From a virus (Duplodnaviria > Caudoviricetes), in the IMG/VR virus record IMGVR_UViG_2634166464_000002, positions 1-64,000 of that record: a DNA stretch of 64,000 nt; one strand, written 5' to 3'. This document shows positions 8,168 through 17,162 of this stretch, piece by piece; within the stretch, counting starts at the first letter, position 1; every line of letters starts with the position of its first letter. Both the position numbers and the translations under genes were made by a program. The notes under the pieces are model-generated. The model searched no databases, was not told where the DNA came from, and saw only the letters and a list, made by a program, of their open reading frames with translations.

Positions 8168-9979
8168 TCAGCCCGTCAGTTCCGGCATGAAGACGTACCA
8201 TTCGCCCTCAGCCTCGCCGCGCGTCCAGTAGGCGATGCCCTCCCTCTGCAGAGTCAGCACTGCGGTCGAGAACTTCGTCTCGATCTGCTTCTCCGTGAAC
8301 CCGGGCCCGAGATCGTCGGCGAACTTGCTGCGCGCGATCTCCACGGGCACCAGGCGCGTGCTCTTCTTTAACCTGCGGTCCTCACGGCGCTGCCAATCGC
8401 TCGGGTTCACTGCATGCTGACTCGAGGTTGCGCTGCGGATTGCCCCGAGTGCAGCCGACACCTCGGGGTTGAACCGCTTCTGCTTCTCCTTCCGCTCCCG
8501 CTCGGGCAGCGGCTCGATCTCCCGCTCCCACGGCTCGTTGAGGAACTTCGTGACGTCCGCGTCGAACCCGAGCACGACGCTCGCTTCCGGACCATGCCGG
8601 TTTTTCCCGACGATCACCTCGGCGATGCCGCACGCTCGCTGCATCGCGCGCTCGTAGTTGAGCCGTGCCTCCGTGCCATCCGGAGGCGCCTTCATTTTCC
8701 GCAGGTAATACTCCTCGCGATACACGAACATCACGATGTCCGCGTCCTGCTCGATCGAGCCGGACTCGCGCAGATCGGCCAGCATCGGACGCTTGTCATC
8801 ACGCTCTTCGACCTTGCGGGACAGCTGCGAGAGCGCGATGACTGGTACCTCGAGTTCTTTGGCGAGCGCTTTGAGACCGGTGGTAATCTCGGTTACCTCC
8901 TGGACTCTGTTGTCGTTGGCTCTCGAGGATCCTTTCAACAGTTGCAGGTAGTCGACGATCAGCAACGAGAGACCTTTGCGCTTCTTCAAGGCTTTCGCTC
9001 GCAGACGCAAAGCCGCGATGCTCAGTTCCCCCGTCTGATCGATCTCGAGGGGCAGGCCACGGAGTTCCCTCTGTGCAAGGATGAAGCGCTCCATCTCCTC
9101 TTCGGTCGCAAAGCCCCTGCGCACCTTCCAGAGCGGCACGCCCGATTGCTCGGAGATAATCCGCTTGGTGAGCTGCTCGGATGACATCTCGAGAGAGTTA
9201 AAGCCCACCACACCGGTACGCTCGCCGGCATTCCGCTTTCCCTTCAGCATGCGTCCGACATTGAAAGCGATGTTCGTGGCGAGGGCCGTCTTTCCCATGC
9301 CGGGACGGCCCGCGAGGATGATGAGGTCGGTGTCCTGCAAGCCCCCGAGCGCATCGTCGAGGCGCGGCAGGCCTGTCGAGAGACCGACCAGCGCACCGCC
9401 GGCCTTGTAGGCCTCCTGGGCCGAGATGACAGCCCTGTCCGAGGCGGTATCGAAGGCTTCGAAATCCGAGTGCTCGCCAGGGTCGGCGCGCAGGTTCACG
9501 AGGCGGTCGACAGCCGCGTAGACCAGACTCTTGGAGGTCGCGGCGGGCGGCGCATTGTAGGCGACATCAAGCATGTCCTCGGCGACTGAGATCATCTGCC
9601 GCCTGACGTGCAGGTCGTTCAGGATCATCGCATACTCCCGCGCTTGCGAGGGCAGTGCGGCTTCCGACTGCAGGCGGAACAAATATTGCCCGAGCGTCAG
9701 TCCCCCGAGATCGACGTCGGCGAGGAATGACTTGAGCGTGATCGCGTTGGCCGTCTTGCCCTGCGCGAGAAGCGCGGACGTGACCTCAAAGATCTTGCGA
9801 TGCAAGTCTTCGAAAAAACACTCGGGCGTGAGGATGTCCGCGCACTTGCCATAAGCGTCGTTGTTGAGGAGGAGCGAGCCCAGCACCGCAGCCTCGACCT
9901 CGAGGTTGTGCGGCATCACGCGTTCTTCTGGCAGACCGAGAGCGGCCCTGGCTGTGCGTCGTTGTTCCCCCGCCATCAT
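8168..9979 (-). CDS. dnaB: Replicative DNA helicase DnaB with C-terminal extension
   Basis: 'PHNLEVEAAVLGSLL', Walker A 'AGRPGMGKT', 'SLEMS', 'IVDYLQL', 'LSQLSR', 'DLRESGSIEQDAD', 'KNRHG'; start set at ATG overlapping VUT stop. Confidence 0.95.
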   Translation of the reverse strand: MMAGEQRRTARAALGLPEERVMPHNLEVEAAVLGSLLLNNDAYGKCADILTPECFFEDLHRKIFEVTSALLAQGKTANAITLKSFLADVDLGGLTLGQYLFRLQSEAALPSQAREYAMILNDLHVRRQMISVAEDMLDVAYNAPPAATSKSLVYAAVDRLVNLRADPGEHSDFEAFDTASDRAVISAQEAYKAGGALVGLSTGLPRLDDALGGLQDTDLIILAGRPGMGKTALATNIAFNVGRMLKGKRNAGERTGVVGFNSLEMSSEQLTKRIISEQSGVPLWKVRRGFATEEEMERFILAQRELRGLPLEIDQTGELSIAALRLRAKALKKRKGLSLLIVDYLQLLKGSSRANDNRVQEVTEITTGLKALAKELEVPVIALSQLSRKVEERDDKRPMLADLRESGSIEQDADIVMFVYREEYYLRKMKAPPDGTEARLNYERAMQRACGIAEVIVGKNRHGPEASVVLGFDADVTKFLNEPWEREIEPLPERERKEKQKRFNPEVSAALGAIRSATSSQHAVNPSDWQRREDRRLKKSTRLVPVEIARSKFADDLGPGFTEKQIETKFSTAVLTLQREGIAYWTRGEAEGEWYVFMPELTG

Positions 9980-10500
9980 GCGGTCCTCGGCGCCGACGCC
10001 ATCTGGCGGATGATCAGGGCCGCGAGCAGCGACATCCAGACCTTTCCGATCGTCTGGCCGGCGAGGTAGGACAGGTCGCCAAAGGCGAGCCAGAGGAAGA
10101 CAAGCGAGTCGACCAGCGCGCCGACTGCGCCACTGGCGAAGACAGCCATGGCGGGGCGTAGGGGACGCAGGCGCCCATAGACCAACAGATCGACGGTCTC
10201 GGACACGAGAAACGCGGCAGCCGAGGCAAAGGCCAGGATCGGCGACGCCAGGATTCCCGACAGGGCGGCGCCGACCAGGATAGCGGCAAACGCCACACGG
10301 CTTCCGAAGAAGCGATGCACCAGGTCTCGCAGCACCAGGCCCAGCCCGATGATGAGAACCCCGCTCGGCGCCAGGATCCCGAAGCCGACCGGCACAACAC
10401 ACGGGCCCGCGGAGCAGTCGCCGACATTCTCGATGAACCAATTGCTCAGCGGTACCGTGAGCAGGAATGCGGCGAGGCTCGCATAGGCCAGCGCTTTCAT
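9976..10500 (-). CDS. VUT family (YhhQ-like) queuosine-precursor transporter
   Basis: Multi-TM; 'VPVGFGILAPSGV...LVLRDLVH', 'AFLVSETVDLLVY..LR', 'S..VGALVDSLVFLWLAFG...GQ.IGK'. Confidence 0.85.
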   Translation of the reverse strand: MKALAYASLAAFLLTVPLSNWFIENVGDCSAGPCVVPVGFGILAPSGVLIIGLGLVLRDLVHRFFGSRVAFAAILVGAALSGILASPILAFASAAAFLVSETVDLLVYGRLRPLRPAMAVFASGAVGALVDSLVFLWLAFGDLSYLAGQTIGKVWMSLLAALIIRQMASAPRTA

Positions 10501-11423
10501 TCGGCAGCCTCCTGAAGCAGCGGCAATGACATCTGCCAGTGGGTCTCGGTGAGATCAGCGACGGATTCGACCTCCTCGACGAAGGCCGCGGCCTCGCGCC
10601 AGTCGTTTGCTGAGCGAGGCTTGATGCCCCGGGACCGGAGGATCTCGCGCGCTTCCCGGGCCGTGAGCTTGCGCCCGAGTTCCTCCTCGAGCGCGACCCT
10701 CTCCTCGATCGCATGCTTGAACGCGTGCAGGCTCCACGCCATCGAGTCGGCCGAATAGAGCAGCGCCCGCACGCACGGGTCTTTCAAGGCCGTCTTCTTC
10801 AAGCCGAAGCCGTGCAATCGCAGATCGGGCCTAAACCCCTTGATGCCGGCGAGAATGTGGATGACGTCCGCTACAGAGCCATTGCGCTTGCAGACGCTTC
10901 CCACGCCCACCCACATGCTCGTTGTGAGGCGACACCCATACATCCGAATGTGACGCTGATAATCTTCCGGGTTGTATCCCTGCAGAACGGGGATCACCGC
11001 GAAAGGGATCCGCCCTTCGAACAGATCCTCGAGGGCGGCGAGCAATAGGTCATAGCGCTCGATCGTCAGTTGCTGGTGATGGCGCACCATCTCGGCGTGA
11101 CGCTTCGCCGTGAGATCCTTCTCGTCGACCTGCAAGAGCTTCGCGACGACGGAGCGCTCGCACATGTAGTCCTGGGCCGACGCCGCCACGATGCGGGCCG
11201 TCCCTTGCGTGTGCAGCTCCCACAGCCTGCGGGCATAAGCTTCGACCGGATGCGGGTATCCGCCGTGCTGGTCGAGCGTCGAGAACGCGCCCGAGTCGAT
11301 AAATACCTGGCGGGCGCCGAGCGGCTTGCGGCGCGTCATCAACCGGTGGATCGAGATGCACACGCGGTGGAACCGGTGCGCATCGCTCGGCTGATGGATC
11401 CCGACATAGAAGTCCACGCTCAT
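10497..11423 (-). CDS. DpdA-like (TGT-fold) DNA guanine transglycosylase for 7-deazaguanine insertion
   Basis: TGT-type motifs 'FIDSGAFS', 'QDYMCE', 'IPVLQG', 'VGVGSVCKR', 'LHGFGLK', 'SADSMAWS'. Confidence 0.8.
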   Translation of the reverse strand: MSVDFYVGIHQPSDAHRFHRVCISIHRLMTRRKPLGARQVFIDSGAFSTLDQHGGYPHPVEAYARRLWELHTQGTARIVAASAQDYMCERSVVAKLLQVDEKDLTAKRHAEMVRHHQQLTIERYDLLLAALEDLFEGRIPFAVIPVLQGYNPEDYQRHIRMYGCRLTTSMWVGVGSVCKRNGSVADVIHILAGIKGFRPDLRLHGFGLKKTALKDPCVRALLYSADSMAWSLHAFKHAIEERVALEEELGRKLTAREAREILRSRGIKPRSANDWREAAAFVEEVESVADLTETHWQMSLPLLQEAAE

Positions 11424-12010
11424 GCCGCGGCCTCGAACATGTCGAGCTCATCCCCGAAGGAATGCCAGCCGGGGCGCCTGGTGCGCGCAAAGACATCCGC
11501 GCGCCGCGTCAACTGCGTGCAGCGCTCGTCGACCATCTCGTAGAAGCTTTCAGGCTTCTGGGAGTGCTTCCGCCGGATGCCTTTGAACAGGCCCGGGAGC
11601 GCCGCATGCTTCGGCTCGCCGCGCGTGGCGACAATGACGGGCTCCGCCATAGACCGCACGCGGTAGCCCGTGCCGATCGCCGGCCTGCCCGACAGGAAGA
11701 TCTTCTCCCAGTAAAGCAGGGTCTTGTATTCGTAGCCCCAGGCTTTGACGCACTCGATCTGCTTGTCGAGGAGTGGCGCGGTCGCCCAACACAACAGCAG
11801 GCAGTCGGGATCGGCGAGATCTCCGATCGGAAAGCGCCAGAATATCTCTTCGACTGGGTAGCAGCGGTAGTGCTTCGATGCGCTTTTCTCGCCACCACGC
11901 TCGCTGCGGGTCCGAAAGCGCCAGGGCGGATCCGCGACCACAAGGGAGTAGTAGTGCGGGCGCAGATCCCCGAACTGCCATGCCTCGAGAGGCGCGAAGA
12001 GTCCCCTCAT
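11420..12010 (-). CDS. MT-A70 family N6-adenine methyltransferase
   Basis: 'VVADPPWRF', 'LLCWAT', 'WGYEYKT..YW.K', 'GTGYRVRS..E', 'HSQKPE', 'FART.RPGW..FG.E'. Confidence 0.9.
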   Translation of the reverse strand: MRGLFAPLEAWQFGDLRPHYYSLVVADPPWRFRTRSERGGEKSASKHYRCYPVEEIFWRFPIGDLADPDCLLLCWATAPLLDKQIECVKAWGYEYKTLLYWEKIFLSGRPAIGTGYRVRSMAEPVIVATRGEPKHAALPGLFKGIRRKHSQKPESFYEMVDERCTQLTRRADVFARTRRPGWHSFGDELDMFEAAA

Positions 12011-12951
12011 CCCCCGATGCCTCGGAGCCTGACGAGTTCCTTGTTGAGGAAGATCACGTCGATGCCGACGGATTGCAGGGTCGGCGTCGCCTCGATCAGC
12101 GCACGGTGAAACGCCGGGATGCTCGGCCAGCCGCCGTCGTCGGTGAGCGTGCGCAGCGAATAGGGATATCCGTCGTACGTGCGCTTCAGTGACCGCGCGA
12201 GTTGGCTCAGGATCTCGACCGCGCCCCGCGGGCCGTTGATCCGCACAGTCTCGGGACTGTCTGCAATCGGCTCAGGCGCAGGCTCTTCCGCGCGATCATT
12301 TTCGGCAGCTGTTTCGAGGGGGGCAGCCGGCGCCGGCTCGGGCTCCCCCGCGATCGATGCCAACCCCTCGCCCGTGTTGAACGCCGTGAAGCGCTGGCAC
12401 ACGATCTCCCGGATGGTGGCGGGAGTCTCGGGAGCCGCTGGCGGTTCGGGGTCAGGAGGAGTCCCCTCCCCGCCAGCGTCGCTCCCGGCCGACACGGCTT
12501 CAGTGGATTCGGGCTCATTCCCGACCTGCACCTGGCCAGTGCTTTCTTCCTCCGATTGCTGTTGGCTCGCCGACAAGCCTACCTCCACGCTCCGATCGGA
12601 GGCGTCTTTGCCCGGGGCGCGGCTCATCCGCCGGGAGGCGTGCGTGGAGGATCTGTCACGTTGGGAGATGGCGCGCGGATCGCCGGCCTCGCGGGCCTCA
12701 GCGATATGCGTGCGGACCCAACGATCACCGTGCCCGAAGCACTCTCCGATCTCCTCCTGGGAGAGATCGGTACGCGACCAGAGGACCAGTACCTCGTCGC
12801 GCAGGCTCAGCGTCGCCCGCGCAACATCGGGCTGCAGGTTGAGAAGCATTCCCATGCAGCCGGCGACACGGTTGTTGAGGTGCGCGAGCTCGCGCGAGAT
12901 GTCGACCAGTTCACCAATAACCTCGTCGCGTGCCGCGCGCTTACTCTTCAT
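12007..12951 (-). CDS. HTH-containing protein with disordered central linker
   Basis: 'LSQEEIGECFGHGDRWVRTHI' HTH, Pro/Glu/Ser-rich linker, possible C-terminal winged helix. Confidence 0.55.
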   Translation of the reverse strand: MKSKRAARDEVIGELVDISRELAHLNNRVAGCMGMLLNLQPDVARATLSLRDEVLVLWSRTDLSQEEIGECFGHGDRWVRTHIAEAREAGDPRAISQRDRSSTHASRRMSRAPGKDASDRSVEVGLSASQQQSEEESTGQVQVGNEPESTEAVSAGSDAGGEGTPPDPEPPAAPETPATIREIVCQRFTAFNTGEGLASIAGEPEPAPAAPLETAAENDRAEEPAPEPIADSPETVRINGPRGAVEILSQLARSLKRTYDGYPYSLRTLTDDGGWPSIPAFHRALIEATPTLQSVGIDVIFLNKELVRLRGIGG

Positions 12952-13168
12952 GATCGGACCCGTACCGTTTGGCGTAGGAGCGAGCCGCGAAGCGCAGTTC
13001 CGGAGACGCGCACATGCGGCAGTAGATCTTTCCGCGGTCACCCCACGACGGATTGGCGGGGTCACCGCAGTCGGAGCACAAAGGCTCCTGCGGAGGCGGA
13101 GGCGGCGGTTTCGCGGGCCGCGCTGCGGGCAGTGGCTCGAAGAAGTCCTTGCCCTTCAGCGCCATCAC
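12941..13168 (-). CDS. Small zinc-finger protein
   Basis: 'CSDCG...YCRMC' with poly-Pro. Confidence 0.55.
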   Translation of the reverse strand: MMALKGKDFFEPLPAARPAKPPPPPPQEPLCSDCGDPANPSWGDRGKIYCRMCASPELRFAARSYAKRYGSDHEE

Positions 13169-13773
13169 CCTGCCCCTGCGAGGCGAGCGACGCCGATCGG
13201 CACGCGCTGGCCGAACATGATCTCGTAGGGAGGCGTCCAGCGCCCGTGCGTGCGTTGCGCCCAGTGCCAGATCGCCACCGCATCAGCGCGGTTGTCGTCG
13301 GTGCAGTAGAACGGGAGGTAGCCCCATTCCTTGCAGCGGTTCAGGACAGCCTTCTTGGTGTCCCTGCGCTCGCCGGCATTCGCCTTGTCGATGAACTTCG
13401 CGCGGACGGTCGCGGGCCAGACCTTCTCGATCGGGATCCTTTCCTTCTGGGCCTTGAGGCGCAGCGTCGTGACGAGGGCGATCGGAAGCCATAGCTCCAG
13501 CGCCCCGCGGGGGCGCCCGTCCCGCGGCTTCGCGGTCGGGTTGAGCGGCGCCTCAAAGACGATCCTGTCGGGCCAATCCTCTTTCCACCCGAGACGATGG
13601 TCGAGGAACGTCTCGAGGTTCTCGCACATGTGCGCGATGTCCTCGTCGACATCCTCGTACTTGCGCTTGCGCAAGCTGACCGTCATCGAGTTCAGGCGCG
13701 ACAGGTCATCCTTGGGAGGACGACCCATCGCAACGCCTGTCTTGATCGAGAGATCAAACGCCCAGACGTTCAT
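13165..13773 (-). CDS. RuvC-like Holliday junction resolvase
   Basis: 'WAFDLSIKTGVA', 'IVFEAP', 'DDNRADAVAIW' acidic catalytic pattern. Confidence 0.8.
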   Translation of the reverse strand: MNVWAFDLSIKTGVAMGRPPKDDLSRLNSMTVSLRKRKYEDVDEDIAHMCENLETFLDHRLGWKEDWPDRIVFEAPLNPTAKPRDGRPRGALELWLPIALVTTLRLKAQKERIPIEKVWPATVRAKFIDKANAGERRDTKKAVLNRCKEWGYLPFYCTDDNRADAVAIWHWAQRTHGRWTPPYEIMFGQRVPIGVARLAGAG

Positions 13774-13782
13774 GGCGCGCGA

Positions 13783-14406
13783 TCAGTTCAGGATCGTGTA
13801 GCTGCCGTCTGCCTTCGCGGGCTTGCGCCGCTCGCGCCGCGGCGCAGCACTGTCGTCGTTCGACGCGAGCTGCGCGGAGACCTCGCGGATATGCGCGTCG
13901 CCTTTCGCGATCTCGGACCTCATGGACTCGCGAAACGACTCGACGCTGTCGGACGCCTCGGTCTTCTTGCGCCGGCCGCGGGCCCGCTTCTCAGCCTTGG
14001 CATCGACCTCCTCGGGAGCCGGCGCCAGGTGAGCATTGGCCTCGAATGCCTTCTCAGCCTCCTCGAGGGGCATGCCGCCGTTCGCGGGAGCGGGCTCGTC
14101 TTCCTCTTTCGCCTGCGCGGCCAGGTCACCGTAGTGGGAGTTCCGGCTCCACTTCTCGGCGCGCATGATGCCGACGTAAGCCTCGAGGTTGTCGAGGTAC
14201 TCTTCGCGTTTCAGTTCATCCATGCGGTCGAGCCGCTTGATGAGGTTGAAGACTCCGGTGTGGAGGTTGGAGTTTTCCTTGTGATGAAGGACGCGCTCGC
14301 CGTGCGCGCCCCTGATCTCCGCAATTTTGGAGACCACGTTGTTGCCTTCGTTGACCAGCGCGACGAGAACCTTGCTGGCAATCATCCTCTCTGACGTCTC
14401 ACCCAT
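13783..14406 (-). CDS. GapR (DUF2312)-like DNA-binding protein with acidic/basic tail
   Basis: 'HKENSNLHTGVFNLIKRLDRMDELKREEYLDNLEAYVGIM' parallels the GapR C-terminal helix pattern. Confidence 0.4.
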   Translation of the reverse strand: MGETSERMIASKVLVALVNEGNNVVSKIAEIRGAHGERVLHHKENSNLHTGVFNLIKRLDRMDELKREEYLDNLEAYVGIMRAEKWSRNSHYGDLAAQAKEEDEPAPANGGMPLEEAEKAFEANAHLAPAPEEVDAKAEKRARGRRKKTEASDSVESFRESMRSEIAKGDAHIREVSAQLASNDDSAAPRRERRKPAKADGSYTILN

Positions 14407-14494
14407 TACGCATTACTCCGGGGCGGTTAACGGTGCCGGTGCAGGCTCGACACCGGGGACTCTCCAGGCCTGCTCTGGAGTTTTCCGGGGACGC

Positions 14495-15067
14495 TTACGC
14501 CCTCGCGGCGCGCTTGGAGATCCAAGGCACCAGCGGTTCATTGTCGGGACACGACAGCGCGTCACCGCGCGCGAGCAGATCCTGGATGGCTTCGATCACG
14601 AGCCCGAGCCCTCTGTGCTGCTGAAGCAGGTACTCGAGATGCGCTCTCCACTCTGCGCGTGTGGCCTCCTGGGCCGGCACGAAGGAGATATCGCTGACGT
14701 TGCCATCGACCGGAACCGACAGGGCGGGCGGCAACCGTTCCGTCAGGTGCTTGCTCATTCCGGGGAGCACCAGCTGACGCTCCCCTTTATCCTTCACGGC
14801 TGCCCACGAGCTCGCGACCTTCGCGGCCATATCGTGCAGCGCGCGGGTGATCAGATCCTGCTCGAGCACCGCGACGAGGTCTGGATGCGCGTCGCTCACA
14901 AACGCGACGACGTCCGACACACGGGCGCGGCGTCCGTATTTGTAGAAGTTGCGATACTCGGTCTGCATCGCCTCGCGCAGCCTGGTGCGGGCCTCGCGCG
15001 GCGTGAGTTCGTCGTCGGTCTCGTTCTGAGACAGTGAGAGCGATGCGTTCTGCCGCTCAGGCTGCAT
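14495..15067 (-). CDS. Hypothetical protein
   Basis: GGAGG RBS, overlaps upstream gene. Confidence 0.65.
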   Translation of the reverse strand: MQPERQNASLSLSQNETDDELTPREARTRLREAMQTEYRNFYKYGRRARVSDVVAFVSDAHPDLVAVLEQDLITRALHDMAAKVASSWAAVKDKGERQLVLPGMSKHLTERLPPALSVPVDGNVSDISFVPAQEATRAEWRAHLEYLLQQHRGLGLVIEAIQDLLARGDALSCPDNEPLVPWISKRAARA

Positions 15068-15974
15068 TGCGACGCCTCCAGGCTTGCTCGAGATCGCGGA
15101 TGAAGGGTGCAAGACGGTCGATGAGCGGGCCGAAGACGATGTCGGAGTCAGGCGTCACGCAGTCGAGCGCTTCCTCGGGCGTCAGCCCAAGCCCCAGGAT
15201 GGCACGCATGCCGCCGCAGAGTTGCAGGTACAGATCGCCCTGGCGGCGCTCCTCGTCGGTTGCATCCGTGTGAAACTTGCCGTCCCGGCCGAGCGTCGGG
15301 TTGCCTGTCTCGGCAGCGATCTTCCGAGCATCCTGTTTGGTCGGGAGGCTCTTGCGGAACTCCACCACAGCGGCCTTGGCATCGCCGGCCTGCTTGATCA
15401 GCTCCGCCTGCTTCTCGGGCGCCTGCTTGGCGAATTCTGCGGCCGGCTTGATCGCGACCTTGCCCTCGTCGACAGCCGCCACGAGCTCCGGAGCGCCCTT
15501 GGCGACAACGGTCTTCGCGTTCTCGTAAGTCTTGCCGCTTCCGAGGCCGACCCGCTCGGCAACCAGGTCACGGGTATGCCCTTTCACAAACCCCGGAACC
15601 GGTTCCACGGTTTTCGTCGTCGGACGTCCCTGCCGTCCCTCGAGCTCTTTCTCGATCGCGCGAGCAAGCGCGACACGCTCGGAGACCGTGAACTCCTTGC
15701 GGGTTTCGTTCTCGTCGAACTCACCCTCGAGGATCGACTCGATGTCGAGCACCCGGGCAGGAATCGTCTCGCGCCCGAGATGCTTGAAGGCTTCGATGCG
15801 CCGCTCGCCGAAGATGAGCCTACGGTCCTGTGTGACACCAATCGGCTGCAGAAGCCCGAGACGCTCGATGCTCTCAGCGAGCAGCACGATGTCGCCGAGA
15901 TCTTTGCGAAAGCGCTCGCCGACCACGATGTCGGCGATCGGGAGTTCCTGGACGGGAGCCGATTGCGTAGCCAT
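15057..15974 (-). CDS. ParB/Srx N-terminal domain protein with HTH
   Basis: 'IVVGERFRKDLGDI..LAESIERLGLLQPIGV...LIFGERRIEA', 'ENETRKEFT', HTH 'TRDLVAERVGLGSGKTYE'. Confidence 0.85.
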   Translation of the reverse strand: MATQSAPVQELPIADIVVGERFRKDLGDIVLLAESIERLGLLQPIGVTQDRRLIFGERRIEAFKHLGRETIPARVLDIESILEGEFDENETRKEFTVSERVALARAIEKELEGRQGRPTTKTVEPVPGFVKGHTRDLVAERVGLGSGKTYENAKTVVAKGAPELVAAVDEGKVAIKPAAEFAKQAPEKQAELIKQAGDAKAAVVEFRKSLPTKQDARKIAAETGNPTLGRDGKFHTDATDEERRQGDLYLQLCGGMRAILGLGLTPEEALDCVTPDSDIVFGPLIDRLAPFIRDLEQAWRRRNAA

Positions 15975-15986
15975 CGCGTGCCTCCA

Positions 15987-16214
15987 TCACGCCGCGTCGG
16001 CGCGCATGGCAGCGATGTGCTCGCGCAGAAACGCCTCGAGGCGCTGGCCCTTTTCGATCGTGAAGTTTTCGCCGTCCCGCAGGCGCCGGATGAAACGCTT
16101 GTCGCCTCCAAACACTGCCCGTGAGATCCCGGGATCGCTGAGCCCGGTGAGGGCATGGACTTCGTCGGCGAGGCGGAGGAGTTCAGCGCGATAGGCGTCG
16201 GTGGCGGGTGTCAT
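15987..16214 (-). CDS. Cro-like repressor
   Basis: Small HTH 'GLSDPGISRAVFGGDKRFIRRLRDG', divergent from cI. Confidence 0.75.
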   Translation of the reverse strand: MTPATDAYRAELLRLADEVHALTGLSDPGISRAVFGGDKRFIRRLRDGENFTIEKGQRLEAFLREHIAAMRADAA

Positions 16215-16225
16215 GCCCTCCAAAG

Positions 16226-16318
16226 TGGAGAAGACTTTCCCCACCGTCAACCAGATTTTGGGGCACGACTCAGCCGATCGGACGATCCCTAGAGGAGGGT
16301 TGGGCTATAGATTCCCCA
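16226..16318. promoter_or_regulatory. OR region: two 18-bp operators (16226-16243, 16301-16318) and PR-like promoter
   Basis: TGGAGAA-GACT-TTCCCCA and TGGGCTA-TAGA-TTCCCCA; minus-strand TTGACG at 16250-16245 abuts the first operator. Confidence 0.7.
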
Positions 16319-16379
16319 CCCCGTTTCGGGTAGAACGGAAGACACGAATGGCAAGTGTGCAACCGGGCAGCAGGCGCAG

Positions 16380-17162
16380 ATGACCGACATCGTAAGGGAA
16401 CGGATCCGGCAGAGGTTAAATGATCTGGGGATCTCAGCGAACCGTGCCTCCGACAGCTCAGGCCTCGATAGATCAGTTCTTAATAAATTCCTAAGAGGCG
16501 CAGTCAAAGAGCTAAAGGATTCAAATCTAAGACTAATAGCCGAAGCATTAGATTGTGACGCAAGTTTTCTAAGAGGCGAGAGCGATGAACTCCGCCCACC
16601 AACTTGGGTTCGTAGTGTGCGTAGATTACCCAATAGCCTCGATGTTCCTATTGTTGGCGAGGCAGAAGCAGGGGCGTGGCATCCGTCGCATTGGTTCGAC
16701 GACGCGGACCTGGGGGTTATATTGTCTGGCTACAATCCAAACTACCGTGAGCACAAGCAGTATGGATTCGTGGTCCGTTGCGACTCGATGGACTTAGCCG
16801 GCCTCACCAAGGGCGATCAGGTAGTGTGCATCAATCCCTGGCTCGCTGAGGTCGCACTCGCGACGGGTGATTGGGTAGTCGTCGAAAGCCGCGACGCGAC
16901 CGGAAAGATCGAACTAAGCATCAAGGAATTCCGGATCACTTCTGAGGGCTTTGAGCTTGTGCCACATTCGACGAGCCGCAAGCACAGGCCCTACGTGCTC
17001 GAGCGCGATACCGACCTGCGTAAGGGTAGCATCCGGATCGTCGGCGTGATCATCAGCCACATAAAGCCGCGCCCAGCACTAAACTTCCAGCAGCACCACA
17101 GCGCCTCGAGTCCTACAGCGCGGGGCGAGTCCTCCGCGAGGTCAGCTAGGCTCATGGCCTGA
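16380..17162 (+). CDS. CI-like repressor (XRE HTH plus S24 autopeptidase)
   Basis: N-terminal HTH, Ala-Gly site 'GEAEAG', Ser in 'VRCDSM', Lys in 'SIKEF'. Confidence 0.9.
   Translation: MTDIVRERIRQRLNDLGISANRASDSSGLDRSVLNKFLRGAVKELKDSNLRLIAEALDCDASFLRGESDELRPPTWVRSVRRLPNSLDVPIVGEAEAGAWHPSHWFDDADLGVILSGYNPNYREHKQYGFVVRCDSMDLAGLTKGDQVVCINPWLAEVALATGDWVVVESRDATGKIELSIKEFRITSEGFELVPHSTSRKHRPYVLERDTDLRKGSIRIVGVIISHIKPRPALNFQQHHSASSPTARGESSARSARLMA

Noticed and set aside
8168-10714. 848-aa ORF as a DnaB fusion
   Set aside because: The N-terminal 245 aa are Arg-rich shadow sequence overlapping the VUT and DpdA-like genes; DnaB similarity starts at the ATG at 9979
15057-15974. ParB-N gene as the partner of ParA
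   Set aside because: It is 8 kb away in the lytic early operon, while ParA is coupled to its own RHH gene and array
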